Positions 50,280 through 60,683 of a DNA stretch of 64,000 nt are shown here, piece after piece. The DNA comes from Clostridia bacterium (GTDB taxonomy: Bacteria > Bacillota > Clostridia > CAKSNL01 > HGM11501). A program made the translations under genes and the position numbers. Position 1 is the first letter of the stretch. Every line of letters starts with the position of its first letter. The stretch covers positions 1 through 64,000 of the forward strand of contig JAZQAZ010000019.1 in assembly GCA_045545475.1 (NCBI GenBank), read 5' to 3'. Under the pieces are notes generated by a model. It saw only the letters and a list, made by a program, of their open reading frames with translations, was not told the origin of the DNA and did no database searches.

Positions 50280-50308
50280 TTGACAAATCAACGCGGAATT
50301 GCTATAAT
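50280..50308 (+). promoter_or_regulatory. Consensus sigma-A promoter of PFOR
   Basis: TTGACA-17 bp-TATAAT with TG extension. Confidence 0.85.
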
Positions 50309-50372
50309 AAAGTGATGCATAATGTAAAGTTATCAAAAAACATCAAATATATATCTAAGGAGGAATTGTCTT

Positions 50373-53300
50373 ATGGCAAGAAAAATGAAGACTATGGACG
50401 GTAACAACGCTGCCGCTTGGGCGTCTTATGCGTTTACCGACGTAGCCGCAATCTATCCTATTACTCCTTCTTCTGTTATGGCTGAAGTAACAGACGAATG
50501 GGCAGTAGAAGAAAGAAAGAACATTTTCGGACAGCCTGTTAAGGTAGTTGAAATGCAGTCCGAAGCAGGTGCAGCAGGTGCTGTACACGGTTCACTCGGA
50601 GCAGGTGCTCTCACCACAACTTATACAGCTTCTCAGGGTCTTCTTCTTATGATCCCCAATATGTATAAGATGGCAGGTGAATTACTTCCCTCTGTTATCC
50701 ATGTAAGTGCAAGATGCGTAGCTTCTCATGCCCTTAACATTTTCGGTGACCACTCCGACGTTATGGCATGCCGTCAGACCGGTTATGCTATGCTTTGCTC
50801 CAACAGCCCCCAGGAAGTTATGGACTTAGGTGCTGTTGCTCACCTTGCAGCAATCAAGGGAAGAGTACCCTTCCTTCACTTCTTTGACGGTTTCAGAACT
50901 TCTCACGAAATCGAAAAGATCGAAGTATGTGATTATGAAGACCTTAAAGAAATGGTTGATATGGACGCTCTTCAGGAATTCAGAAACGGCTCCTTAAACC
51001 CCGAGCATCCTGTTTTAAGAGGTTCTGCTCAAAACCCCGACATCTTCTTCCAGAACAGAGAAGCTTGTAATAAATATTATGACAACGTTCCCGCAGTAGT
51101 AGAAGAATACCTTGCAAAGGTAAACGCTAAGATCGGCACAAACTACGGTCTTGTTAACTACTATGGTGCTCCCGATGCTGAAAAGGTATTGGTTGCCATG
51201 GGTTCTGTTTGCGAAACAATCGAAGAAACAGTTGATTATTTAACTGCAAAGGGCGAAAAGGTTGGTCTTATCAAGATTCACCTTTACAGACCTTTCCCTG
51301 TTGATGCATTCTTAAAGGCAGTTCCTGCTACATGTAAGAAGATTGCAGTTCTCGACAGAACAAAGGAACCCGGTTCCATCGGTGAACCCTTATATCTTGA
51401 CGTTTGCGCTTGCTACAACGGCATGACAGACGTTCCCATGATCATTGGCGGAAGATACGGCCTTGGTTCTAAGGACACAGTTCCCGCTGACATCATCGCA
51501 GCTTACAGAAACTTAGATGCTGAAAAGCCCGTTAAGGGATTCACTCTTTCCATCGAAGACGACGTAACAAACCTTTCTCTTGCACGTGTTGAAAATCCCG
51601 ACACATCTGCTGAGGGCAACACATCCTGTAAGTTCTGGGGTCTTGGTTCCGACGGTACAGTTGGTGCTAACAAGAACTCCATCAAGATTATCGGTGACCA
51701 CACAGACCTCTTTGCTCAGGCATATTTCTCATATGACTCCAAGAAGTCCGGCGGTATCACAGTATCTCACTTAAGATTCGGTAAGAAGCCCATCAAGTCT
51801 ACTTACCTCATCAATAAGGCTAACTTCGTTGCCTGCCACAATCCTTCTTATGTTGATAAGTACGATATGGTAGAAGACCTTGTGCCCGGTGGAAGCTTCC
51901 TTCTTAACTGTGCTTGGGATGTTGAAGAACTCTCTAAGAGACTTCCCGGTAAGATGAAGAAGTTCATCGCTGAAAACGACATCAACTTCTACACAATCGA
52001 TGCTATCGGCATTGCTAAGGAACTTGGTCTTGGCAATAAGACTTCTATCGTGCTCCAGTCTGCATTCTTCAAGATTGCTAACGTAATTCCCTTCGAGGAT
52101 GCTGTTGGCTACATGAAGGACGCTGTTGTTAAGTCCTTCGGTGCGAAGGGTGAAAAGATTGTAAGCATGAACCACGCTGCAATCGCAGAAGGCGAAAAGA
52201 ACATCAAGAAGATTGAAGTTCCCGCTGACTGGAAGAACGCTACAGACGAAGCTAAGGTTGAAGCTGACGTTCCCGAATTCGTTAAGAATATCCAGATGCC
52301 CTGTAACGCACAGGCAGGTGACAAGCTTCCCGTATCTACATTTATGGGTATGGTTGACGGTCATATGCCTCAGGGTAGCGCAGCATACGAAAAGAGAGGT
52401 ATCGCTGTTGACGTTCCCGTTTGGGATAACACAAAGTGTATCCAGTGTAACCAGTGTTCTGTTGCTTGTCCTCACGCTGCAATCCGTCCTATCGCATTAA
52501 ATGCTGACGAAGTTGCAAAGGCTCCTGCTAACCTTAAGCATAAGCCCATGACAGGCAAGAAGGAATACGAGTTCACAATGGCTATTTCTGTTCTCGACTG
52601 TTCCGGATGCGGAAACTGCGTAAAGGTTTGTCCCGAAAAGGTTCAGGCTCTTTCCATGGCTCCCATCGATACACAGAGAGATCAGCAGGCTTGCTTCGAC
52701 TATGCAGTTAAGGAAGTTACAACCAAGGAAGACCTCTTAAGCCTTCCTCTCAACGTTAAGAACTCTCAGTTCCGTCAGCCTCTCCTTGAATTCTCCGGCG
52801 CTTGTGCAGGCTGCGGTGAAACACCTTATGCTAAGCTTATCACTCAGATCTGCGGTGACAGAGCTTACATCTCCAACGCTACAGGATGCTCCTCTATCTG
52901 GGGCGGTAGTGCACCGTCTACTCCTTACACAACCAACTATAAGGGACACGGTCCTGCTTGGGCTAACTCCTTGTTCGAGGATAACGCTGAGCACGGTTTA
53001 GGTATGGCAGTTGCTAATAAGCAGCTTCGTTCCAGACTTGCTGAGCAGGTTAAGGCTATTGACGATGCAGCTGTTAAGGCAGCAGCAGAAACTTGGTTTG
53101 CAACCTATGAAGACGGCGACGCTAACGGTGCTGCAACAGATGCGTTAATCGCAGCTCTTGAAGCAAACGGCTCTGCAGAGGCTAAGGCAATCCTTGAAAA
53201 CAAGGAATTCCTTTCCAAGAAGGCTATCTGGATCTTCGGTGGTGACGGTTGGGCATACGATATCGGTTTCGGCGGTCTTGACCACGTAATCGCTTCCGGT

Positions 53301-53873
53301 GAAGATGTAAACATCATGGTATTTGATACAGAAGTTTACTCCAACACAGGCGGACAGGCTTCCAAGGCTACACCCACAGGTGCAGTTGCTCAGTTCGCAG
53401 CAGGCGGTAAGCCCATCACAAAGAAGAACCTTGCTGAAATCGCAATGTCTTACGGTTATGTATACGTAGCTCAGATCGCTCTCGGTTACGATATGGCTCA
53501 GTCTGTAAAGGCTATTAAGGAAGCTGTAAGCTACAACGGTCCTTCTATCATCATCGGTTATGCTCCCTGTATCAACCACGGTATCAAGGGCGGTATGACA
53601 AATACTCAGAACGTTATCAAGAATGCAGTTATGGCAGGTTACTGGCATACATTCAGATACGACCCCAGGCTCAAGGAAGAGGGTAAGGTTCCCTTCCAGA
53701 TGGATTCCAAGGATCCTTCTACTTCCTACAGAGACTTCATCATGAACGAGGTTCGTTACAGCTCTCTTGCTCGTAAGTTCCCCGAAAAGGCTGAAGAGCT
53801 CTTCGCTGAGGCTGAAAAGCAGGCTAAGGCTAAGTATGAGCACTGGACAAAGTACGGTAAGCTCTACGAATAA
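50373..53873 (+). CDS. nifJ: Pyruvate:ferredoxin (flavodoxin) oxidoreductase
   Basis: YPITPSS, MQSEAGAAG, GLGSDGTVG, two CxxCxxCxxxCP clusters, GACAGCGET and GGDGWAYDIG motifs; strongly biased codon usage typical of a highly expressed gene. Confidence 0.97.
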   Translation: MARKMKTMDGNNAAAWASYAFTDVAAIYPITPSSVMAEVTDEWAVEERKNIFGQPVKVVEMQSEAGAAGAVHGSLGAGALTTTYTASQGLLLMIPNMYKMAGELLPSVIHVSARCVASHALNIFGDHSDVMACRQTGYAMLCSNSPQEVMDLGAVAHLAAIKGRVPFLHFFDGFRTSHEIEKIEVCDYEDLKEMVDMDALQEFRNGSLNPEHPVLRGSAQNPDIFFQNREACNKYYDNVPAVVEEYLAKVNAKIGTNYGLVNYYGAPDAEKVLVAMGSVCETIEETVDYLTAKGEKVGLIKIHLYRPFPVDAFLKAVPATCKKIAVLDRTKEPGSIGEPLYLDVCACYNGMTDVPMIIGGRYGLGSKDTVPADIIAAYRNLDAEKPVKGFTLSIEDDVTNLSLARVENPDTSAEGNTSCKFWGLGSDGTVGANKNSIKIIGDHTDLFAQAYFSYDSKKSGGITVSHLRFGKKPIKSTYLINKANFVACHNPSYVDKYDMVEDLVPGGSFLLNCAWDVEELSKRLPGKMKKFIAENDINFYTIDAIGIAKELGLGNKTSIVLQSAFFKIANVIPFEDAVGYMKDAVVKSFGAKGEKIVSMNHAAIAEGEKNIKKIEVPADWKNATDEAKVEADVPEFVKNIQMPCNAQAGDKLPVSTFMGMVDGHMPQGSAAYEKRGIAVDVPVWDNTKCIQCNQCSVACPHAAIRPIALNADEVAKAPANLKHKPMTGKKEYEFTMAISVLDCSGCGNCVKVCPEKVQALSMAPIDTQRDQQACFDYAVKEVTTKEDLLSLPLNVKNSQFRQPLLEFSGACAGCGETPYAKLITQICGDRAYISNATGCSSIWGGSAPSTPYTTNYKGHGPAWANSLFEDNAEHGLGMAVANKQLRSRLAEQVKAIDDAAVKAAAETWFATYEDGDANGAATDALIAALEANGSAEAKAILENKEFLSKKAIWIFGGDGWAYDIGFGGLDHVIASGEDVNIMVFDTEVYSNTGGQASKATPTGAVAQFAAGGKPITKKNLAEIAMSYGYVYVAQIALGYDMAQSVKAIKEAVSYNGPSIIIGYAPCINHGIKGGMTNTQNVIKNAVMAGYWHTFRYDPRLKEEGKVPFQMDSKDPSTSYRDFIMNEVRYSSLARKFPEKAEELFAEAEKQAKAKYEHWTKYGKLYE

Positions 53874-53886
53874 GATTAATAAAAAT

Positions 53887-53918
53887 AAAGCGTTTCTTCT
53901 GAAACGCTTTGTTTTTTT
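53887..53918 (+). terminator. Intrinsic terminator
   Basis: AAAGCGTTTC-TTCT-GAAACGCTTT followed by a T run. Confidence 0.82.
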
Positions 53919-54006
53919 GTCACCGAGGTGCTGTTACTCAGACAATAAGTCATTATATGTTAGCTTGCGACCGGAAAATCTTTTTTTACAAGCCTTCGTC
54001 CTATCA

Positions 54007-54173
54007 GGAGGCTCTTCACTCCGCCTGAAGGCAAAGTTTAGGATGACATTATAGAGTTAGTCATCCTTCTGCCGCATTGTCATTCTGAGTTGCAGGAGTT
54101 TTTTAACGCAGAAAACGAAGAATCCCATCCTCTGAAAATCTAAATTCTTTGGAGATTCTTCGCTCCGCCTGAC
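54007..54173. repeat. Degenerate REP-like palindromic repeat cluster
   Basis: TCTTC(a/g)CTCCGCCTGA occurs twice (about 54013 and 54157). Inverted pairs AGGATGAC/GTCATCCT and CGAAGAATC/GATTCTTCG, plus a GTCATTCTGAG...CGAAGAATC unit. Confidence 0.55.
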
Positions 54174-54298
54174 ATCTTCGTTAAGAAAATAATTGTGAAA
54201 AAATTAACATTTATTTTAAATAAATTTATTGACGGGGGAATATAATTAATGGTAAAATAAAGTTAAACAATATTGCATTTTAAGAAAGGCGTGATTTA

Positions 54299-57200
54299 AT
54301 GAAAAAATCAAGAAAATTAACAGCGTGGGTTTTAAGCCTTGTTATGCTTGTTTCCCTCATTCCGGGCGTTACGCTGACCGCAAGTGCGGCAACAACAAGT
54401 GGCACTACAGGCGAATGTACCTGGACATTTGACGACAGCACAGGCACGCTGACCATCAGCGGCGAAGGCATAGTAGGCAATGAACAGTCGTGGATAGAGC
54501 ATATAGATTCAATTACTTCAATCGTTATTGAAGATGGAATTACATATATTACCAACTATGCTTTTTGTGAATGCTCAAGCGTTAAGAGCGTCTCGCTTCC
54601 TACAAGCTTGACGAAGATTGGGAATTATGCTTTTACCGGCTGTTCAAATCTTGAAAGCATAACAATTCCCGCAAACGTGTCAACGATTGGAAATGCAGCT
54701 TTCTACGGATGCTCTTCTTTGACGACAGTAAACTATCTCGGTACGTCAGAACCTTCGACGATGGGTAGTTATGTTTTCGATGGATGCTCCTTAACCCACA
54801 TTACCGTTTCGGAGGCTTATACGGGAAGCAGTTTTGGAGAACTGCCCATAGTGAAGAGTGGCTCTTCCACACCTGTTACCTACACAGTAACTGTAAACAC
54901 AAGTGCAAACGGCACAGTTGCAGCCAACGTTGATGAAGCGAAAGAGGGCGACACAGTTACTCTTATCGTAACACCTGCAACAGGATACGAGCTTGATACA
55001 CTTAGCGTTAAGGATGCTGACAGTGGTGATGTTACTGTTAACGACAATAAATTCACAATGCCTGCAAAAAACGTTACTGTTACCACTACATTTAAGGCGG
55101 TAACTCCTGCTACTTATACCGTAAGCTTCAACGCAAACGGCGGTAGCGGTGAGATGGATGACCAGACAATAACTTCGGGCGTTGCAACCGCACTTTCAGA
55201 AAACACCTTCACAAGAGATAAATACACATTTAAGGGTTGGGCAACCTCAGCAAACGGTTCTGTTACATATACAGACAAGGAGTCAGTTACTGACATTGCG
55301 ATAGCAGATGGCAGCATTACACTTTACGCTGTCTGGGAATCAATTTATAAAAACTACCTTGTGAATTCTACAACCCTTTCTGATGTGCAGGATGTATTCA
55401 AAGACCTTGCAGAGGTAACAAAGACGGGGGATGTAATCACAATAAAGCTTCTTTCAGACATCACAGGCAGAATTGAGTTTAACGATATTGGCAGCGAATT
55501 CGTTATGGACTTAAACGGAAAGACTGTTGATGCAGGTTCTGTCATCCAGGAAGCACTCTGTCTGAATAACAACTTCAGCGGCACCGTAACCGTAACCGGT
55601 AACGGTACTTTTACAAGCGGAAGCAATAATGTAATTTATAAATCTTTCAGAGCCACGCTTAAGTTTGCACCAGCTGAAGGATATGATTGTTTTACACTTA
55701 AAGACGGCACAAGAAATGTACTGGCAAACGAGAATAATTTTGAAGCAACAAGCTTGACGGGCACCTACAACAGAGGTACAAGCTATGTTCTTACACAAAA
55801 GATTCTTCCTGACTACACTGTAACGTTTGACGCAAACGGCGGCAGCGGCACTATGGCAAGTGTTACTGTTAAGGAGGGTAAGAAATATACCTTACCCGAA
55901 AACGGTTTTACCGCACAGACCGGTTACAGATTTGCAGGCTGGGATAAAGGTGCCGCGGGCGATGAAATTACGGTTTCTTCCGATACCGCCATTAAGGCAG
56001 AGTGGGAGAAAATCCCCGCAGAAACACCGGGAATCACATCGGAGCCTCAGGGCTTTGATGGTGCTGCTGCCTTGACATATGGCGAAATCGGCACAGATAA
56101 AAAGTTAAGCGTCGAAACCGATGCCGATACAGATTTATACGATGTAGCATATCAGTGGTATAAAAACACCGAAAGCTCCAAAGATGGTGCTGCTTTAATC
56201 GGAACATCCGATGAGCTTTCGATAGAAAGCAATCTTTCTGCAGGAGATTATTACTACTACTGCGTCATTACCGTTACAAGAAAAGACAACGGTGAAGATA
56301 CATCTGTCGAAACCGCATTGGTAAAGGTTACGGTTAATAAAGCCGATCCTTTGTATACTGTCCCCGAAGGGCTTGAAGCAATCTATGGCGATACCCTTTC
56401 GGATGTTATATTGCCTGCCGGATGGAGCTGGAAATTGGAAAGCTCGATGCCTGTAGGTGAAACGGGAACAAACACCTTTGTTGCAGTATTCACGCCCGAA
56501 GACACAGAAAACTATAACACCATTGAAGCCGACGTTGATATAACTGTTGCAAGGCAGAAGGTTACAATGCCTGTGGCAGATGCCACTACATTTACCTACA
56601 ATGGACAGTTGCAAGTATATAAGATTACTGCAAACGATAACTATACCATTACAGACAACACGAGAACAGATGCAGGAAGTCAGACTGTTACGGTTTCGCT
56701 TAACTATCCCACAAATTATGAATGGACTGACGGCACTACGGATGATTTAACCTTCAATTTTGAAATAGGCAGAAAAGATATTTCCGATGCCGTAATCACT
56801 CTCGGCGAAGAACTTACCTATACAGGAGAAGAGCAGGAGAGAGATTTTACCGTAGCACCTCTTGAAGGACTTACCATTACTTATGATGTTTCCGGAAACA
56901 AGGGAATAAATGCAGGGGATTATACGCTTACCCTGACAGGTAACGGCAATTTTAAGGGAACCGTTGAAAAGGCATGGGATATAAAAAAGGCGAACCATGC
57001 TATAAGCGATGAAGATATTCCTTCAGCGGAGCGTCTTGTAGCAGGAAAGCCGCTTTCTACATCGACTCTTACACCTTCTGAACTCTACGATGAAGGTGAT
57101 AACCTTTTGGGTATATTCGTATGGGATGATGAGGATAGCACAATTGAAGAAAGCGGAACATATACAAAAACAGTAAGATTTATCCCTGAAGACAGCTTGA

Positions 57201-58102
57201 ACTACAACGAGCAGACCTTTGAAGTAAGTATCAGAGTATTTATTAACGTTGGTAGTGTCGGCGGAGACGAAACACGTTATTTCAACATTCAGTTTGAATC
57301 AAACGGCGGAAGCTATGTGAAGATTCAGAATGTTGAAGAAGGATCTAGAGTCAAAGAACCTGCCGAACCCACAAAGGAAGGCTTTATCTTTGACGGCTGG
57401 TATACCAATAAGAAGCTTACCGATGAATATAACTTCAAAAACAAAGTTGATGAAGGCTTTATTCTTTATGCAAAGTGGGTAGAAGAAGAGATAAAGGATG
57501 AGAATAAAGAGGAAGAGGAAGATAAGGATAAGAATGAACACGATTGTCCTTCTGAGGCCTTTGATGATCTTGATTCAGATGCGTGGTATCATTCTGACAT
57601 TGACTTCGTTCTTTCAGAAGGTCTTATGAAGGGAATGAGCGAGGATAGCTTTGAACCTTCTCTTAACCTTACCAGAGCAATGCTAGTAACTATTCTTTAC
57701 CGACTTGAAGGAGAGCCTGCTACTAACAGAAGCATACCTTTCAGTGATGTAGATATGGGTTCGTACTATGCAAATGCGGTATCATGGGCAAAGCAGAACG
57801 GTATTGTAATGGGTGTAACAGAAAACGAATTTGCTCCCGATGAAAATGTAACAAGAGAGCAGATTGCGACAATCATGTTCCGCTATGCAGTTTTTAAGGG
57901 AATGAACGCTGTTACAATGGAAGAAAATCTTCATTTTGATGATACGGAAGAAATTTCCGAGTATGCAATTTCCGCACTTAACTGGGCGGTAGGAACAGGA
58001 CTTATAAAGGGCAGAGGCGAAAACACCCTGGCACCAAAGGAAAACGCGACGAGAGCCGAAATCGCGGCAATCCTTCACAGATTTATAGAATCTGATAAAT
58101 AA
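54299..58102 (+). CDS. SLH-anchored surface protein with BspA-like leucine-rich repeats and InlB B-type (Flg_new) repeats
   Basis: Signal peptide; IGNYAFxGCxxL repeats; YTVxFxANGGSG...F.GW...LYA.W repeats; three C-terminal SLH motifs (TRAML, TREQI, TRAEI). Confidence 0.88.
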   Translation: MKKSRKLTAWVLSLVMLVSLIPGVTLTASAATTSGTTGECTWTFDDSTGTLTISGEGIVGNEQSWIEHIDSITSIVIEDGITYITNYAFCECSSVKSVSLPTSLTKIGNYAFTGCSNLESITIPANVSTIGNAAFYGCSSLTTVNYLGTSEPSTMGSYVFDGCSLTHITVSEAYTGSSFGELPIVKSGSSTPVTYTVTVNTSANGTVAANVDEAKEGDTVTLIVTPATGYELDTLSVKDADSGDVTVNDNKFTMPAKNVTVTTTFKAVTPATYTVSFNANGGSGEMDDQTITSGVATALSENTFTRDKYTFKGWATSANGSVTYTDKESVTDIAIADGSITLYAVWESIYKNYLVNSTTLSDVQDVFKDLAEVTKTGDVITIKLLSDITGRIEFNDIGSEFVMDLNGKTVDAGSVIQEALCLNNNFSGTVTVTGNGTFTSGSNNVIYKSFRATLKFAPAEGYDCFTLKDGTRNVLANENNFEATSLTGTYNRGTSYVLTQKILPDYTVTFDANGGSGTMASVTVKEGKKYTLPENGFTAQTGYRFAGWDKGAAGDEITVSSDTAIKAEWEKIPAETPGITSEPQGFDGAAALTYGEIGTDKKLSVETDADTDLYDVAYQWYKNTESSKDGAALIGTSDELSIESNLSAGDYYYYCVITVTRKDNGEDTSVETALVKVTVNKADPLYTVPEGLEAIYGDTLSDVILPAGWSWKLESSMPVGETGTNTFVAVFTPEDTENYNTIEADVDITVARQKVTMPVADATTFTYNGQLQVYKITANDNYTITDNTRTDAGSQTVTVSLNYPTNYEWTDGTTDDLTFNFEIGRKDISDAVITLGEELTYTGEEQERDFTVAPLEGLTITYDVSGNKGINAGDYTLTLTGNGNFKGTVEKAWDIKKANHAISDEDIPSAERLVAGKPLSTSTLTPSELYDEGDNLLGIFVWDDEDSTIEESGTYTKTVRFIPEDSLNYNEQTFEVSIRVFINVGSVGGDETRYFNIQFESNGGSYVKIQNVEEGSRVKEPAEPTKEGFIFDGWYTNKKLTDEYNFKNKVDEGFILYAKWVEEEIKDENKEEEEDKDKNEHDCPSEAFDDLDSDAWYHSDIDFVLSEGLMKGMSEDSFEPSLNLTRAMLVTILYRLEGEPATNRSIPFSDVDMGSYYANAVSWAKQNGIVMGVTENEFAPDENVTREQIATIMFRYAVFKGMNAVTMEENLHFDDTEEISEYAISALNWAVGTGLIKGRGENTLAPKENATRAEIAAILHRFIESDK

Positions 58103-58106
58103 TTTT

Positions 58107-58134
58107 AAAGGAGCTGTATTTACAGCTCCTTTTT
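58107..58134 (+). terminator. Intrinsic terminator
   Basis: AAAGGAGCTGTA-TT-TACAGCTCCTTT followed by further T residues. Confidence 0.85.
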
Positions 58135-58199
58135 CTTGACAAACAGCCCAAATTATGCCATAATATTAAAGTTAGAAATTTAACAAGCGGGGGACGGAA

Positions 58200-59693
58200 A
58201 TGATTAATAAAAGCATAAAAAAACTTGTTACATACGGGATAGAAAAAGAACTTATAGAAAAAGAAGATAAGATATATATAACCAATCAGATTATGGCACT
58301 TCTTAACCTTTCGGAATATGACGAGCCGGAAGAGGATTTTTCGGAGATTAATCTCCGGGAGACTCTAGAAGAAATTTTGGATTTTGCAGTAAAAAACGGC
58401 ATTGTCGAAGACAGTATCGTATACCGGGATTTATTTGACACAAAAATTATGGGCGTTCTTACTGAAAGACCTTCGGAAGTCATCAAAAAATTCAATGCAT
58501 TACGCGAAGAATCGGGAGAAAAGGCGACAGATTGGTTTTATAAATTTTGTCAGGACACCGATTATATAAGACGCTACAGAATTAAAAAGGACGTAAAATG
58601 GGTTACGGAAAGCAAATATGGAGATATTGATATAACAATTAATCTTTCCAAACCCGAAAAAGATCCCAAGGCAATTGCTGCAGCAAAATTAAAAAAGCAG
58701 ACCGGATACCCCAAATGTCAGCTTTGCAGAGAAAGCGAAGGCTATGCCGGAAACGAAAGTTTTCCTGCAAGGGAAAATCATAGAATTATACCGATTACGG
58801 TAAACGGAAAGCCATGGTGCTTCCAGTATTCGCCTTATGTTTATTATAACGAGCATTGCATAGTGTTTAATTCCGAGCATACGCCTATGCAGATTAATCC
58901 TGATACATTCAGAAAGCTTTTATCCTTTGTAGAGCAGTTTCCCCATTATTTTGTGGGTTCTAATGCGGATTTGCCTATTGTGGGCGGCTCTATTCTTACT
59001 CACGATCACTTCCAGGGCGGAAGGTATGAATTTGCTATGGCGAAAGCACCTATAGAAGAAAAGATAGAATTTACAGGCTTTTCAGATATAGAAGCAGGGA
59101 TTGTAGTCTGGCCTATGGCAACAATAAGACTCCGTAGCAAAGATAAAGACAGAATATGTCTTCTTGCAGATAAAATTCTTGCTTCATGGAGAGTTTACAC
59201 TGATGAGGAAGCATTTATATTCGCAGAAACAGACGGAGAACCTCATAATACTATAACACCCATAGCAAGAATGAAGGACGGTCTTTTTGAACTTGACCTT
59301 GTTCTTCGTAATAATATAACAACTGCGGAGCATCCTTTGGGATTATATCATCCCCATTCGGAACTTCACAATATTAAGAAAGAAAATATTGGCCTTATCG
59401 AAGTTATGGGACTTGCGGTTCTTCCTGCAAGACTCAAGGAAGAACTCAGCTTGGTAGGAGAATTCATCGTTTCGGGAAAGAACCTTGCATCCGATGAGCG
59501 TACCGCAAAGCACGAAGATTGGGTTAATAGTTTTCTTGGCAATTATAACAACATTACCGCCGAAAACGTTGACTCTGTAATAAGAGACGAAGTCGGTAAG
59601 GTATTTATAAAAGTTTTAGAGCATGCCGGAGTTTATAAATGCACTAAAGAGGGAAGGAAAGCTTTCCGTAGGTTTACTGAATCTGTAAAATAA
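58200..59693 (+). CDS. galT: UDP-glucose--hexose-1-phosphate uridylyltransferase (Gram-positive type)
   Basis: ITINLSKPEKDPK, QYSPYVYYNEH and GSNADLPIVGGSILTHDHFQGG motifs; TTGACA-17 bp-CATAAT promoter at 58136-58164. Confidence 0.95.
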   Translation: MINKSIKKLVTYGIEKELIEKEDKIYITNQIMALLNLSEYDEPEEDFSEINLRETLEEILDFAVKNGIVEDSIVYRDLFDTKIMGVLTERPSEVIKKFNALREESGEKATDWFYKFCQDTDYIRRYRIKKDVKWVTESKYGDIDITINLSKPEKDPKAIAAAKLKKQTGYPKCQLCRESEGYAGNESFPARENHRIIPITVNGKPWCFQYSPYVYYNEHCIVFNSEHTPMQINPDTFRKLLSFVEQFPHYFVGSNADLPIVGGSILTHDHFQGGRYEFAMAKAPIEEKIEFTGFSDIEAGIVVWPMATIRLRSKDKDRICLLADKILASWRVYTDEEAFIFAETDGEPHNTITPIARMKDGLFELDLVLRNNITTAEHPLGLYHPHSELHNIKKENIGLIEVMGLAVLPARLKEELSLVGEFIVSGKNLASDERTAKHEDWVNSFLGNYNNITAENVDSVIRDEVGKVFIKVLEHAGVYKCTKEGRKAFRRFTESVK

Positions 59694-59710
59694 ATGTAAG
59701 GAGTATAAAA

Positions 59711-60649
59711 ATGAAAAAATTAGTGGTAGGAATAATAACTTTACTAGCCTTGCTTGCGATTTATACTGTTGGGATTTGTGCCGAACAAAAAACCGTGAAT
59801 GTAGGAGCGTTAAAAGTAGTTGGATACGATTCTCATTCGTTGAACGAGGAAACAAATGCCAGAGGCGAAAAAATTCTGGTAAATAAAATATGCATGAATT
59901 ACGGGGGAAGCATATCAACTCTTTATGACGGTGATATGTATGTCACTTGTCACTATAAGTGGGATTCGTCAAGACCCGAATACACAGCTTCTTACAATCA
60001 TGGAGCAAAGCCTACAACAGAAGACTGTTCGGTATACACAAGTCTCTATACCTTAGGCATATCTTGCTCTAATGTGTCCAGAAAAGACGGAGTATTTGCT
60101 GCAGGTTATACCTGGACGTTCAAGGACAAAGGTTACACCCCTCATATCATCATTGTGGAATGTAACGGACGGGAATATTATTATTCAATTAAGTTTAAAT
60201 ACGGAAGTATTTTGCTTGAAAATTACGCCTATCCGTCTAATTCGAAACTTATTGTTAACGGGAACGAAGTTTCGTGCGGAGCGTATAAGATTATTGGAAA
60301 TAATTATTTTAAAATCCGAGATATTGCACAGATGCTGAAAGGAACCAATGCACAGTTTTCCGTGGAATGGGATGATAATCTTAAGGCTATAAATCTTGTT
60401 TCGGGAGGAATTTACCAAAGTCTTGGTAATGAATTGGCGGCGGTGCCAATCAAAGATAAGAAAACCGCAAAGTTTCCTCCTCCCAGTCTTTACAAAGACG
60501 GTATAGCCGAAGTTGTCAGAAGTTATAATATAGATGGCAGTAATTATTTCAAATTAAGAGATATAGGAATGATTTTTAATTTTTATATCGGCTGGGATGA
60601 AGTTACAAACTGCATTACTATAGACACAACGAAACCTTATACAGAATAA
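59711..60649 (+). CDS. Secreted hypothetical protein with a C-terminal stalk-like domain
   Basis: Signal peptide; duplicated G(N/S)NYFK(I/L)RDI...WD motif at the C-terminus. Confidence 0.65.
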   Translation: MKKLVVGIITLLALLAIYTVGICAEQKTVNVGALKVVGYDSHSLNEETNARGEKILVNKICMNYGGSISTLYDGDMYVTCHYKWDSSRPEYTASYNHGAKPTTEDCSVYTSLYTLGISCSNVSRKDGVFAAGYTWTFKDKGYTPHIIIVECNGREYYYSIKFKYGSILLENYAYPSNSKLIVNGNEVSCGAYKIIGNNYFKIRDIAQMLKGTNAQFSVEWDDNLKAINLVSGGIYQSLGNELAAVPIKDKKTAKFPPPSLYKDGIAEVVRSYNIDGSNYFKLRDIGMIFNFYIGWDEVTNCITIDTTKPYTE

Positions 60650-60683
60650 AAATGTATCCGTTCGAAAGAACGGATACATTTTT
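60648..60683. terminator. Bidirectional intrinsic terminator
   Basis: AAAAATGTATCCGTTC-GAAA-GAACGGATACATTTTT between convergent genes. Confidence 0.88.
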
